A DNA stretch of 63,798 nucleotides, the filler included, from Collodictyon triciliatum (taxonomy: Eukaryota), in assembly GCA_043381765.1 (NCBI GenBank). It is 6 parts of 6 records of this genome, joined end to end, with 100 filler letters (N's around TTAATTAATTAA, not from the genome) between each part and the next. Parts side by side here need not be neighbours in the genome. Positions count along the whole stretch, not along the records: positions 27,722 to 42,010 come from JBHJMP010001837.1; positions 42,111 to 56,414 come from JBHJMP010001838.1; 4 more parts are not named here. The stretch is one strand, 5' to 3'. The translations under genes and the position numbers were made by a program. The notes under the pieces were generated by a model that was not told the origin of the DNA, made no database searches, and saw only the letters and a list, made by a program, of their open reading frames with translations. This document shows, piece by piece, positions 36,370 to 51,469 of the stretch. The stretch's first letter is position 1. Every line of letters starts with the position of its first letter.

Positions 36370-39300
36370 TTATGTTGTGTTTCTTGAAAAGCTATTTGAA
36401 AGGAAAACGGGAATCACTTCCTGCCGGATTGTGTTTGTAACCTACGGATGACCACATAGCGCTTGTTCAATAGTTGCGTATATCAAAGCATCACTTTCAT
36501 ATATTTGGCTTTAGCTTAATTCTGCAATAATTTATTCAAAATATTAAAAAAAGAAAAGAAAAGATGAGAATACCTCCGACATTGCGATGCGAAAGAGATT
36601 GACAGGAGGGCTTGAAATGTTAAGATTCTGCTCTCGAATGATTTGCTCCTTGAATCCACTTATCGATGCTTCACATAGTTGATTTTAATGGTTTAAGTGA
36701 AGGTGTTCAATTTTTTTTTAATACGATAAATCTTGCTCAAATGCTATTATTTTACTCATTAACAGAACGTTTTACAAACAAGTGGCTACATACTTATGTA
36801 TTCAAAGCCATCGGATGAAAAGAATGTGGCGATGATTTCCTGTGCTTTTCCAGCAGCCTTTCTAGCGTCTACTTCAGTTTCGTAATCGCGTACCTTAATT
36901 CCAAATAATGTATATTCAGAAAGCCAAAACATATTCACATCCAGGTTTTATTTTTTATAAAGTCATGTTTGTTATGCCATTTTGTAAAGTTTTATTTCCT
37001 TATATCTGTGTGGTAGCCTTACCATGTCATAGAAGCGAATCAGGGAGGAATCAAAATAGGTACCCACAAACTCCTCAAACAAAGCTCGCAACGTGATGTC
37101 ACTCATTAGGTCGTTAACGTCTGGAGCCTAATAATATTAATTATAGCATCAGATTTCGTGGAAAGAACACATATATTTTCTCGAAATATTGTTATTGTCT
37201 GATAAATCTATACAATGATTTCAATTGGAATGTGAAAGAATCATGAAATAAGAACAATCAAACTTTAGGGTTGAAAGGCTTTGTCGGCTCTGCTGAAGGC
37301 ACATTTCTTTGGGTCTATATCAATTTTTCTGTAAGAAATGTGCTTCTACTATCCAAGTATTATTTCTTTTTTTCTCCTTCTTGGTCTGATTACAAATGAA
37401 GAGCTCAAAAGAAAAAGGAAGCCAAAATTAACCTGATCATTTGTCGATGTAATCACTGTGGATTGGGTATTGCTTGATGAAGATATCTGAGGAAGTTCCT
37501 ATTGAAAGAGCATGTAGTCATATGAAGCCACAATGACATGGCAGAGTAGATAAATACAAGAAAAGTCGACGTCCTTGAATGTGATTTTTTTTAAACTAAT
37601 CGAATGAATGATACACGTTGTCCCTTGAATGAATGCCTGCGGTTCGACGAAGCTGATATCACTGGTGCTGTCGAAACGGCCAGGAATTGGGGTTGAGAAA
37701 CCAAATAATTTGCAGAATTGATAGGCGCGCTTACTGTAGATGTTTTCAAAGGCTGATTTAAAGGCTGCGCAGGGTTCGTACTTGCCGTTGTTGCAATCGA
37801 AGCGGATTGAGATTGTGCTTGAGGTTGAGGTTGAGGCTGAGGTTGTGATTGAGATTGATTTACTGGGATAGGATTTGGTGTGACAATTGTCACTGCACTT
37901 GTGTTTGTAGTGTTGGTAGGTCTTTGTACGTGATTAGAAATCAAAGGGTTAGTCCTAAGAGGGCTCACCAGAGGGTTTGTATTCACATTAGCTTGTGAAC
38001 TCACTGCCAAAATGGAAGGAACAATTTCTGTAACAGATTGATTCGATGATACTGGATGGTTGGATGCCTGATCTTTGATATGTGCTTGTTGAGTCGGAGA
38101 TGGAGTTTGCTCCGCCATCCAATTTCCAAGGAAACTCTGGAGTACTTGAGAGGATTGAATAAAATTGTACGAAGTGAATGTATTTGAGCCGTCAGATCCA
38201 GACGAAATTGTCATGCTATTGCGACGCAGAATGGATGACTGGTTGACAGTGAGATTTAATTGGAAAGTGCTGGGACCGGAGTCCACTGTCTTAGGAACCA
38301 CATTCCCCTTTTGAATGTGCCCTGAATATACCTTTATGACTTCCTGAATCTGATTCCAGGTATACCTGTCATTCAAAATATTATTAGGCAGCACGAATGC
38401 AATGTCAAGAGGTTTGATTTTAGGTATATATATTTTGCTGATGGCCATTCGACAGAGTCAAGGAAATACGACATTGTTGCGAGTTTTATCATTACAACAC
38501 CTTCATTTCAAACAAAAAACAAAAAACAAAAAACAAAAAACAAAAAACAAAAAACAAAAAACAAAAAACAAAAAACAAAAAAAAAAAAAGCAAAAAAACA
38601 AAAAACATGAATTTTGAAAAAGATGTCAAAATATAAATGCGAAAAAGCTGCAAACTCGAAAGTTTTCGGAAGATACTCATTGCTGATGGATGAATCAAGA
38701 GAGCTTCGCGCAACGCTCATTAGTTTACGTGGGTCCATTCCCATACTCAGAGAGAGGAGTTTCGAGACCAAAACTTGTCCAGGACCGGATGCTTTCTCGG
38801 ATAGGAACTGAGGCGCAGTGTGAGGGGGAAAAAAAAGAAGAAAAGATAGAGTTTATGAAACAAACTAAATTATTTTTGAAAATAAATATTCTGGGGATGC
38901 ACTTTTGTATGCTAAAGTTGAGGGCTAACCTTGAGACAGTCGCTAAAATGTTCAACTAAATTATATCCACCTTCCATAGACAAGAAAATAATCATCACAT
39001 GTAGTGTAGCCTCGTACATAACGGCAGGACCCATAGAAAGCATGGCACAATATAGTCCTAGAAATGCAGGACGCATGTATTGAGAGGATTTCCAGAAAAA
39101 TAATTATGACGTTGTGCATGTCTAATAATATGAGTAAAGTAAAGAATATCTTCCTAAAATACTTTCTCCATTGAACATAAAGCAAATAATAACTGGAATA
39201 TCGATGAACCAGCCCGGACACATGGCGACCAAGCTCCTTAATCGAATCAAGGATAAGCTTGTCTGGTTCACCATCATATTTTCCAGTAATATAGCTTTCC

Positions 39301-41894
39301 AAGACCAGTGCAAGCCCAGGTGAATTTCTTTTCAGAGTCACACAAAAATCGCTAAATGCCTCGTGAGGCTTTTATTTTGGTAGAAACTTTAAGATGACCG
39401 AAAGTAATTGATAAATGTGGCATAAAAATGAATGGGCTCAATACATCGCTTATATGTAAAACAATCAAGTAGAATAAACTTTTCTTCCTAAACTCGCATC
39501 ATGGGGTTAGATAAAATGGACATTCTTACGCGAACTTCTAGTTGTCCTTGTGTCTTAATTGCTGATTTTTGACTGCATCTCAAATAAAGCCATGGTAAAA
39601 GGGCAAATATTGTCATGAATATGCCATCAGGATTGGTATCCACGAGTTCGATTGCCGGATAGTTCCACAAGAATACGATAATTGGTATGATAAAATCAAG
39701 AGTATGTCCGGACAGTAGAGCCTATTCATAACAGAGAATTTAATGTGAAAGTAGCAATAAAGATGTGAAGGGTTGGTGGATTTTTTTTTTGAAGCATGAA
39801 TTAATACAGTTTCCTTCTCCCTTTGATGTGTATTTTTTTCTAGCATTCATAATGTTTTCTCCATGGTTAAAAAAGAACATATATTGGAATAAAGTATAAA
39901 CTAGCCATACAATAGATTAAGATATGACTAAATAATCAACCGAGTTAAGTAATTAATTTAATACTTTGTACAAAATGGGAACCAATCCCTGAAAATCTCC
40001 TTTGAATGCTGACATATAGCTCCAAAACATCGAGCTAAACTCCGCTGATGTGTCAGTGGGCATGCTCTAAGTGTAAAAGAGATGGTTTTGAATTATTTCG
40101 CAGGGGAAAATTTGATTAGATATAAAAAATCAAATGAAAAGACTCTACCTTCTTCAATATCTGGTCCAGGAATTGGGGATGGGCAAGAATGATAGCCAAT
40201 AGATGAATTGTCATCTCGTATGTCTCCTCTGACCCGATATCTCTAACTTGAAGCATACATACAGTCGTCCAGAATATGGGCGGGATGTGTTTAAGTTCTT
40301 GCTTCGTGGCACTTTCAGCTACAATATTCTTTAGAATACATGTTTAGAAGTATTAGTCTCATACCACTGCCCACTTATTCTTATACAGTACTTGGTAACA
40401 AGATAGTAGAATGTCTAAAGTTACTTGGTTTTCTCTTAAGCNNNNNNNNNNNNNNNNNNNNNNNNNNNNNNNNNNNNNNNNNNNNNNNNNNNNNNNNNNN
40501 NNNNNNNNNNNNNNNNNNNNNNNNNNNNNNNNNNNNNNNNNNNNNNNNNNNNNNNNNNNNNNNNNNNNNNNNNNNNNNNNNNNNNNNNNNNNNNNNNNNN
40601 NNNNNNNNNNNNNNNNNNNNNNNNNNNNNNNNNNNNNNNNNNNNNNNNNNNNNNNNNNNNNNNNNNNNNNNNNNNNNNNNNNNNNNNNNNNNNNNNNNNN
40701 NNNNNNNNNNNNNNNNNNNNNNNNNNNNNNNNNNNNNNNNNNNNNNNNNNNNNNNNNNNNNNNNNNNNNNNNNNNNNNNNNNNNNNNNNNNNNNNNNNNN
40801 NNNNNNNNNNNNNNNNNNNNNNNNNNNNNNNNNNNNNNNNNNNNNNNNNNGGTGTCAATTACTCTGCAAGTTCATCGATTTTTTTTTCGTGATACCTTTA
40901 AAGTGAAGTCGAAATACTCTTTTGCTTGATAAAAGATTTAATTTACCGTGCATTCAGTGGCCCATTTCAAACACTCCTCTCCCCAATTTTCGATAGATTT
41001 TGGAGATATATGAGTGATGAGTTCAACTAGATGGCAGACGAATTCACCCCCATCCATTTTCAAGAAAGATTTGCTCTAAAACGAACAATATTTTAAATAG
41101 CTATAATGTATTTTAAATAGGCATTTCCATGAATTCAATATATATAAAAGAGGGAAAGGGAAGAGAAATGAAGAAAAAGGGTCAACCAAGATAAAGGTAT
41201 TGTGGAGCACTACTTGATTATCTGTGTCCGAATTTCTAAGTAGATCTGTCCATGTTAGGCTGAATTGGTTGATATGGCCCATTAAGCTGGACAGACTTCG
41301 AATCTTGTTAATCGATTCACTAGCTTGTACCAGACCTATGAAAAAAAAAACCCATAGAAATCGTGAATACAACCATAGTATTTAATCTATCAATAGTAAG
41401 TTTTTATAAAGTTAGGGCAGGTAATTATATTTGTGATATAATACATACTGTTTTCTTTTAAAATTTGTATAATCCAAATGAACAGAATAATTTACCTGTT
41501 CTTTCCTCAATTCGCTGGAATTCTAATAAAAGATTTGATAGAACAACCCTTAGCAGCCTGCGTAAATCCTGGGCGTCGGCCGTCACGCGGACATCAAGGT
41601 GAAGAAGAACATAGTTGAAAATCATATGCAAGTGCGGCAGGAAAGGTTGAAAAGAATGAGCAAATCTAGATTTGGGTTCATTGATTAATATATATTGCGT
41701 GAATCGTTGAATAGCTCAATTTAAATAATCGATTTATTCTTTTCAATTTTATCAGTGTCACTCACAAATCGATTATAATGTTAACGGAGGCCTCCGCAGG
41801 GGAGAGTGACCGATGCTTCTACAATTTTGATAATTTATTCAATTTTTCTTAAAGGATATCTGCACTATATGTTATCTTGCTACATATGAAATAC

Positions 41895-41933
<39 letters not shown>

Positions 41934-42010
41934 AAAACCTTTTTTTTTTTTTTTTATAACAAACAAACAAACAAAAAACAGGTACGGATCCGCCACATCT
42001 CCACGTCAAC
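36370..42010 (-). CDS. Furry/Tao3/Mor2-like scaffold, C-terminal part, ending in an RGS-like domain (5' truncated by spacer; internal N gap)
   Basis: FLPHLHMIF, WGEECLKWATEC, PPIFWTTVCML, FQGLVPILYK and IFALLPWL fit the MOR2-PAG1 C-terminal region. An S/T/P/Q-rich linker exon (37591-38448) precedes four RGS-like exons. Confidence 0.72.
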
Positions 42011-43430
42011 NNNNNNNNNNNNNNNNNNNNNNNNNNNNNNNNNNNNNNNNNNNNTTAATTAATTAANNNNNNNNNNNNNNNNNNNNNNNNNNNNNNNNNN
42101 NNNNNNNNNNTTTCTTCTTTCTTCTTTCATTTCTTTCTTCTTTCTTCTTTCTTCTTTCTTCTTTCTTCTTTCTTCTTTCTTCTTTCTTCTTTCTTCTTTC
42201 TTCTTTCTTCTCATAACATTTGAGTTTGCGACCTCAGCTTTCTCCCATATCTGCATACATAATATCGGGTTCTTGTGAATATTAAGTGATTTGTTTTTCG
42301 GGTGCGATAAAGAAAGTACCCTCATAAACCTAAACTTAGAATGATTGAGTCTTCTATTTTTATTTTGATAGATATTCAAGAAAAGTGTTTGAGTGTATGA
42401 AAATGGTCGGTGGGTACCATAGATTTTCTTGATGACTCTATAATCTCCATGAAATCGGCTTCGACCATAGCTCTTCAATCGAACCCAGCCTATGTCCGCA
42501 AAGGAAAGGGTATGAGGTAGGTTATTTTTCCCATTCATTTATTTGATTCAGAGTGAAGGAGTACGTGGTAGATAATATTCCAGTTGTAAGACTTAAAGCA
42601 AATATTGCAACCCGCCAGTCTTGGAGAAAAAAAAAGAATGTTTTAGATGATAAATCGAGCTCTCTGGCGTCGCGTGAGGCCATGCAAAGATGATCCATTT
42701 TCGCTCTATTAACATTTTCGTATAGGTGATAATGGGGATTGTGAAGAGGTGCTTTTCGTGAAAGAAGCAAAAACTGCTTCGGTTTTTTTTTGTTTTTTTT
42801 TTTACATGTGGGCGTTGCAAGTTTCCCTCCAGAGAGGCCATATAGCGCAGATGCGAACGAAGAGTCGACAAAGCAAATAAAACATATTGCCGCTGTTTAG
42901 GTTAGTGCTAGCATAAGAATATTTACAAGGGCATCTAACAGCAAAACAGGTAAATTCGAAAGGCTTTTTCTTTCTCTGGCCGATTTGTTGGTCATCCTTT
43001 CCACATCCATCAAGCCACTGCGCTGCCCCGCTCCTGAAATGTGCTAATACACAAGTTTATTCGTGTTGCACTTTCTCTTAATTTCTCAAGAGCCCAGGGA
43101 GACATTTTTCAAGGTTTATTTGTTGCACAGGAGAACGCAGAAATCAACTGCTCTACACAAACAGACGGGTTTAATTCTAGTAAGACGGGATAATAAATGG
43201 AGAGGCAAGCAGTGCTTAGAAACCAGCGATGTGAAATAGAAAAAAATAAAGTGAGACCAACGAATGGATATACGCTGAAGAGTGAGGAAAGAGGAAAGAG
43301 GAATTGTTTTTGTTTTCTTGCATCAACACGCAGGGCCTAGAAGCTTCGAAGTAGTTACAAATAGTGTGCGAATTGACAAAGGGCAAGATTTCTCAGGTGG
43401 CCAGCACAGCCGAGAGATAGCACAGGGAAG

Positions 43431-44103
43431 CTATTGAGTAGCCGATACAGAAGGTCGGAATGTGCCCCATGTGTAGCTGTCAGCCACAGAGTCACACTCA
43501 CCCTCCGTATCGCTCCAGTCACTGAGCGGGTCTTTCGCTGATGAAGTGTCGTAACAGGTTCCTTGCATAGGGAAGGTACTTTGCTCTGTTTCGGAGTCAT
43601 CGTGCGACCTGTCTTCATCATCTGCGAGGCTGCTGGAGAAGTGATCAAAGTCCCGGGCCATTATGCTTGAGACATTGTCGAGCCACTCGTCCATCCCAGG
43701 TTTCTGCAGAAAGTCGTCCAGGCCGACCACCTATCCCAAGCACGAAAAGAGAGAAAGGGAAATATAGGGTGAGTCAGCCTGCTTGCATCCTTTCGTGGGG
43801 TTCGGTCGCTCTTGGGCTCCATACAAGCAAAATAATAATGATCAACAAAGGCTTCCCGGTGTAATGTATAGAAGATGAAGGATGGAAGAGTCGTCTCGCT
43901 GCGGGGAATAGTCCGCTTCGCAACTAGTAGCCGAGATTGAGGCGGTTGCTCACCTTTGTCTCTGCGCCTTCGGAGGAGTCGCAGTAGGGCGGCAGTAGCA
44001 GCGGGATTTGGTCGCACAAGTCAAACAAACGTGCTGGCGGGGGGCGCATCTTGATCACAGGACGGGGCGGGTTCATGAGTTCGACAGGGCAGGAAGATTC
44101 CAT
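43431..44103 (-). CDS. Hypothetical small acidic protein (probably two exons)
   Basis: ATG at 44103, donor GTGAGC after ...GAETK, phase-0 acceptor before VVGLDDFLQKPG; TATA box upstream. No recognisable domain. Confidence 0.45.
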
Positions 44104-44110
44104 GGCGCGG

Positions 44111-44181
44111 GCGATTTGTCGTTCTGGCGATTTGTCGTTCTGGCGATTTGTCGTTCTGGCGATTTGTCGTTCTGGCGATTT
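44111..44181. repeat. 16-nt minisatellite (gcgatttgtcgttctg)x4.4
   Basis: Perfect tandem copies just upstream of the minus-strand ATG at 44103. Confidence 0.9.
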
Positions 44182-44276
44182 GGGGTGCTTCCGTAGCGGC
44201 GTTGGTGTCAGGTGTTTTTCTGGAGAAGTGGTGAGCAGGTTGGAAAACCGCGAGAATGCAAGCGGCCGCCCGCAAC

Positions 44277-44290
44277 CCTCTTTATATACC
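44277..44290 (-). promoter_or_regulatory. Putative TATA box (GTATATAAAGAGG)
   Basis: Canonical TATATAAA about 180 nt upstream of the ATG at 44103. Confidence 0.45.
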
Positions 44291-45083
44291 CAAAAGAGTT
44301 GTGGCTTGCTATATCCTTTTCCGCCCATTCTATCAAGTTTATATATTTGAATTTACTCCAATACGGTTGTTTTTCTAGGTCGACTTCTTATCTACCGCTT
44401 ATTTGGGAAGGTTTTTCCTCTCAGTAAGATTCTTCATTAGGCTTAATTGTCGGATAACCCGTCATTATGACGCACATGCTTGTTCAAAAGGCTGCTTGTT
44501 GGAGAGCCGCACTGTTTTTACATTCTATTTTGGTAATAATTTGGCTGAAGATACTGTTCGCCACGTCACTCTCTATCACCACACTGCAAATGTGCTAGGA
44601 AATTCGTCGGAAATTCGATGTTCCATTGAGCTGTGTCGTAATATGACGTGTTCTGACGTAATTGAAGTAAAAAATGGTAAGCGGACGGCTAACCATGTTT
44701 GCGCCATCTGTGGAGAAGATTCTTCGCAACCAGGAAAATTGTATGTGTATATGCATATATTATCATTGGTAATGATTATTAGAAATTATTATTGTGTACC
44801 AACTTATATTTATTAGACAAATATCTATATTATTATATTTTCCAATTATAATTTAGGTCAGACGAGGGAACAATGCGGCTCGAGGGTATCTAAAGCTCAA
44901 GACAATCTCCCAACATCTTTGATCAGGGATGGTCGACACGTTTATCTCTTTTGATCACTATCGTCCGGGCCACTCTCGCCTCGCGCGGTTCTTTTCACCT
45001 CCGTTTTTTTTCTCTTCCAAAATAAAAAAAAAAAAGATCAATAAGAAAGCTCTCTGCTGTCAGATAAAAAGAAAACTTCGAGT

Positions 45084-46036
45084 ATGGCAAACCAAGCGCT
45101 TCGGTTCCAAGTTTTGGGAAGCTTCAAGAATCTTATGCGCGCCCAGGAAACTGTGTTTGGAGAGGACATTCAGCGTCGAGTCGCGGCACGCGCGTTGATC
45201 CGTGAACAATATTTTAGAAAAAGAGACTTGAAAGATGAGTCTGACATTAAACAGGTGACCCCTAACACCATCCTACTGTGTCTGAACGTTTTAGCTTTTG
45301 CTTCTTTCTTTTATCCTTTCTTTTATTCATTCTTTTATTCATTCTTTTATTCATTCTTTTATTCATTCTTTTATTCATTCTTTTATTCATTCTTTTATTC
45401 ATTCTTTTATTCATTCTTTTATCCTTTCTTTTGTTCATTCCTTTATTCATTCTTTTATTCATTCTTTTATTCATTCTTTTATTCATTCTTTTATTCATTC
45501 TTTTATTCATTCTTTTATTCATTTCATTATTCATTCCATTATTCATTCCATTATTCATTCTTTTATTAACCAGTTTATTTCTAATATTCCTTCAAAGCAA
45601 AGAAATTAAATAAAATTATAATCATCGAACTCTGACTAATTACTCATTTAAACAAACAAACAAACAAACAAAAAAAGGCTGTGTCGGATGCCTTGGAGGC
45701 TGCAACTTTTCTTCGCACCTCTATCGTTCAAGCAGCACCAAAAGAAGACGGAGTTTTGAGTAAGATAGCCATTCATATGTACAGGGTATTTAAAATAGCA
45801 GCCACCTCCACCATTTCCTTGGGTCGATGATAACCGCGCATATGAGCTTACCAACCCAAAACCATGATTTTTTTGTCGTATTAAAAGCCTTTGTATGAAA
45901 TCCTTTCGCAGAGGTAAAACTCGAGACGCGCCACATCGGTGAGAACACAACCCTAACAGAAATCAAACCAAAAACAGAGCGCAAAAACTTGTCTGAACTG
46001 AAGAAGCGGCTTGCAAACAGCTCTCCAGACTCATAA
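45084..46036 (+). CDS. LYRM7: LYR-motif complex III assembly factor LYRM7/MZM1-like
   Basis: VLGSFKNLMRAQETVFGED...AARALIREQY|AVSDALEAATFLRTSIVQA; three exons in phase. Confidence 0.8.
45308..45566. repeat. 12-nt (TTTTATTCATTC)n intronic tandem repeat
   Basis: Directly visible in LYRM7 intron 1. Confidence 0.9.
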
Positions 46037-46456
46037 TTGTCTCGCTGACCAGGGCAATAAATAAATTGAAAATGATAATAATTGTTGCGTCGTTAACAAT
46101 ATATTATATAGTTAACGATACAATAATAACACTGGCTAAAAACATCTTAAAATACTTTTTATTCTTCTTTATTTTCTAGTTGACCAGAATCTCGCCACAC
46201 TCACACCTTTTTATCTGCGTTTAATCGTCAACCTCAACACTCAATATTCGGCGGCCACCGATTTCTTCGGCTCGATCATAAGAGTCCCTCGGTTCTTCCA
46301 AAACGTTTTCTGTCTCTTTGTCTTTGTCTTTGTCTTTGTCTTTGTCCTTGATCTTCTGTACTCTTTTTGTTAGCCCAGTTTTTTTTTTATACTTATAAAA
46401 AAAAAAAAATGCTTTGCTTTTGGCTGGCTTTATGGAAGCAGAAAGGACAACGCAAG

Positions 46457-47671
46457 ATGTCACTCGATCCTCGAGCCTTCCGAAAGATCAATCCCACGGA
46501 GTTCCACCGCCGTTTTCTCTCCCACGATCTTCGACCAGACGGACGGAATCTACTCAAAGCAAGAACGCCCACCATCCACACGGGTCTTTTTATTTCCGTA
46601 TTTCTTATTTATTTGTTTCTTATCATCCTTATTCTTATTATCTCCTTTATCCGATTTTTATTATTGTTATTGCTATTAAAAACTTGTGTTGATGACTACG
46701 CTGATGATTCTTTACGCGCTCTGATGAAACAAAAATATATACAAATCCCCATGTACCCAAGAGAATCTTTGGCTCTTGCATAACATTTCCCTCTTTGATT
46801 GTAACATTGAAACAAAACATCGCAGCCAACGAACACAATATTTTCATCTTTTTCTTTTCCCCTCTAATTATCCACATTACAATCATAGGAATAATCAACA
46901 CCGCTATCGGATCAGCTGCAGTCCGAATTGGAAGTACTTCTGTTGTTGCTGGAATCAAGGCTGAAGTAGCACAGCCATTAGACAGCGAGCCCAATGCTGG
47001 ATTTATTGGTAGGGATATGCTTCATCACCTGAAATTAAAAGAAACCAACACAAACAAATCAAGTAACATTTTTAGTTGTCAATGTGGAAATGGGGCCTTT
47101 ATGCTCCAGTGAATTCCGTCCAGGCCGGCCGAGTGATGAAGGGCAGTTTATCAGCCAACAAATTCATAAACTTCTGACAAGGTATTGATTTATTCATTTC
47201 TACATATTAAAAAACTTACATAAGATGTTCTTGAGTGGTCAGAACAAAAGAATAGTCAAGCAAATATACTGATTTGTACTTTACTTGGAGAGGTGGCATC
47301 GTCGATCGAAAGCAACTGTGCATTGAAGAGTCTGTTTTGGTGTGGGTTCTTTATGTTGATGTGGTCTGCCTTGACCATGACGGGTCTGTGATGGACGCAT
47401 CACTCCTTGCAGCGATGAAGGCTCTTCAATCAGGTTACAGAATCATGCAATCACATTGCAATTTTTATGATTTTATCTTTATGTTGAACTTCCATGTAAA
47501 AACTGCGAAAACTTGGGTGAAGATGTTTATATCCTTATGTTATATTACATAGTGAAGTTGCCTCCTGTGGTTAAATCAGAAACTGAAGATTGGATTGCTG
47601 CGGGTTCACCAGCCATTCCTTTGAAAATTGAATGCTTCCCAGTTGCTTTATCCTTCGCCATATTCGAAGAG
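46457..47671 (+). CDS. EXOSC8: Exosome core subunit RRP43 (RNase PH-like); 3' end lost in N gap
   Basis: FRKINPTEFHRRFL...RPDGR, GSAAVRIGSTSVVAGIKAE, VVNVEMGPLCSSEFRPGRPS, LCIEE..VWVLYVDVVCLDHDG. Confidence 0.9.
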
Positions 47672-47714
47672 TAGTTATATATACCATACGTATCATGAAA
47701 ACAACCATTGCTTG

Positions 47715-47754
<40 letters not shown>

Positions 47755-48621
47755 CNNNNNNNNNNNNNNNNNNNNNNNNNNNNNNNNNNNNNNNNNNNNN
47801 NNNNNNNNNNNNNNNNNNNNNNNNNNNNNNNNNNNNNNNNNNNNNNNNNNNNNNNNNNNNNNNNNNNNNNNNNNNNNNNNNNNNNNNNNNNNNNNNNNNN
47901 NNNNNNNNNNNNNNNNNNNNNNNNNNNNNNNNNNNNNNNNNNNNNNNNNNNNNNNNNNNNNNNNNNNNNNNNNNNNNNNNNNNNNNNNNNNNNNNNNNNN
48001 NNNNNNNNNNNNNNNNNNNNNNNNNNNNNNNNNNNNNNNNNNNNNNNNNNNNNNNNNNNNNNNNNNNNNNNNNNNNNNNNNNNNNNNNNNNNNNNNNNNN
48101 NNNNNNNNNNNNNNNNNNNNNNNNNNNNNNNNNNNNNNNNNNNNNNNNNNNNNNNNNNNNNNNNNNNNNNNNNNNNNNNNNNNNNNNNNNNNNNNNNNNN
48201 NNNNNNNNNNNNNNNNNNNNNNNNNNNNNNNNNNNNNNNNNNNNNNNNNCTGTCATGAGTTGTTTGTATTCAAACATCCCTTGGTGTAAGAGGGAATCCT
48301 GGGTAATTGCAAGGCGACAAAATCGATATCTACCATCCTCGATATGTTTGAATCGCCTTGGTTGAATGAACTGTTGTTATAGACGCATGAAGCTGTTACC
48401 CTCTCACAACACATCATCTGTTAAGGTTTCCCACTAGATTAAAATTCTATCACATAAAAAATAAAATAAATCCCCACATCAATAACCGCATTTGTGACGT
48501 TCTCCAGGCTAAAAGCATAAAGAATTGCGAAAAGTCACATAAATTGGGGGTGATATATCCAAATAAATCATAACGAAACACTAAAGCGCATTTTATTTCT
48601 GCCCAACCAATAGAGCTCGGC

Positions 48622-49347
48622 TTAAGGGTTTGCTTGTCTCTTCAAATGATCGTAAATGCGCTTCTTGATCCAGTCCTTTGTGTACGGAACATACGCATTC
48701 AAGTGCGCCTCGTACCTATATTCCAATACATACTTGGCTCACGATGAAATGATATGGATGATGAAAATGGACTACCTTCTCTTTGGTGTCTAATTCATAT
48801 GTATATATAAATACATTATATGAACGTCAATTACAATTCACAAATGAGCAAATGAAGAGGAATAAAACGCACGCCATGCAGCTCAGGTCAGTCAGTTGAT
48901 CAATGTATGCATAGAGCGCAGTCAGATCATAGGTAAGATTCGTGGTGTTTGGGTTGCGCTGGCGAAGAACCTCCTCGTACATGCCGCAGATGCCTTTGTT
49001 TTAAATTATTTGGTCGTTTAGTTCATTCACAAGAAAAACATGCTACTATCAACTCTATGTGTCAGCCATGGAATCCTCGCTCGACAAAAGTTCATTAGAG
49101 ACAGACATTGTAGTGATCAAAAGTTGTGCAGGCTCAAACCTTCGACCGCCTGCGTGACCGTCTCGTAGTCCATGAATGTGCGGCTCCGTAGATCTGGTGT
49201 GTACTGGACAAGGACGATCGTGTGCTTGGACTATGATATATTGTATTTCTCTTTTAACAAAGTGTAAAAGAGAAGAAAAGGGAGGAAGGAAGGGAACAAA
49301 AAAAAAAAAAAAAAAAGGAGTAGAGTGGTAGGGCTTCGACAAACCAT
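48622..49347 (-). CDS. ERH: Enhancer of rudimentary homolog
   Basis: M|SKHTIVLVQ...SRTFMDYETV, GICGMYEEVLR.RNP...TYD...LYAYIDQLTDLSCM, YVPYTKDWIKKRIY. First coding exon is ATG only. Confidence 0.95.
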
Positions 49348-50020
49348 TTCCTTTTCTTCCTTCTTGTATTCCTTCGGAGAAGCTTTTCGAGAGACGATCC
49401 TTTCAGAGGTCTGGAGTATGTGAATTAAGAAGCAGGTTGAGGCAGACAATCGGCGATGTTTTGTGGTACAGATCGTTCGTTTCTGTTCATGGTTATAAAC
49501 AAAGGAAGAGTGGAAACAAAGACGCTGGGAGCGTGCAATATGGATTCAGGAAACATAAAAGAGCACAGCGCTTCATCACTCTCGCTATATTATTACCACA
49601 AAGCCCAACGCAACGGCGCCGTGTCTCTCTACACAATGGTAATCTGTCTGTGCAGCGGCCAAAAGAACACACTCCCCTTTTCGAGCGGAGAATCTGATTA
49701 TTGTTGGGACAAAGCCGCAGAAAAAAATCCTACGAAAACCGCCAGAGACCGAAGTTGGGTCGGCTGAATCCGGATTATACTAATGCGGAAAATATCGCTT
49801 GAGAGCTTGTCTCTCATACAAGTAAATATAACCTGCACTTTTATACTAACAAAAGTGTACAATATTGTAAATTTTATTTTAGTAATTAATTGAATAACAG
49901 GTTTGGTAAAATATTCAGGCTCAGTTTGTAAACATGGCTCATGTTGAATAGGCACAGGCGTGAGATCAAATCGCGTTGCGTCTGAACAAGATAAAAGCGA
50001 CTGGATTCTCTGCAGGACTG

Positions 50021-51469
<1,449 letters not shown>

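Noticed and set aside
42200-42870. Possible minus-strand exons next to a spacer
   Set aside because: Splice-like signals exist, but I found no recognisable motif or convincing gene model.
46686-46730. TGATGA/CTGA motifs in EXOSC8 intron 1 as a C/D snoRNA
   Set aside because: Span of about 40 nt is too short, with no terminal stem or recognisable rRNA guide.
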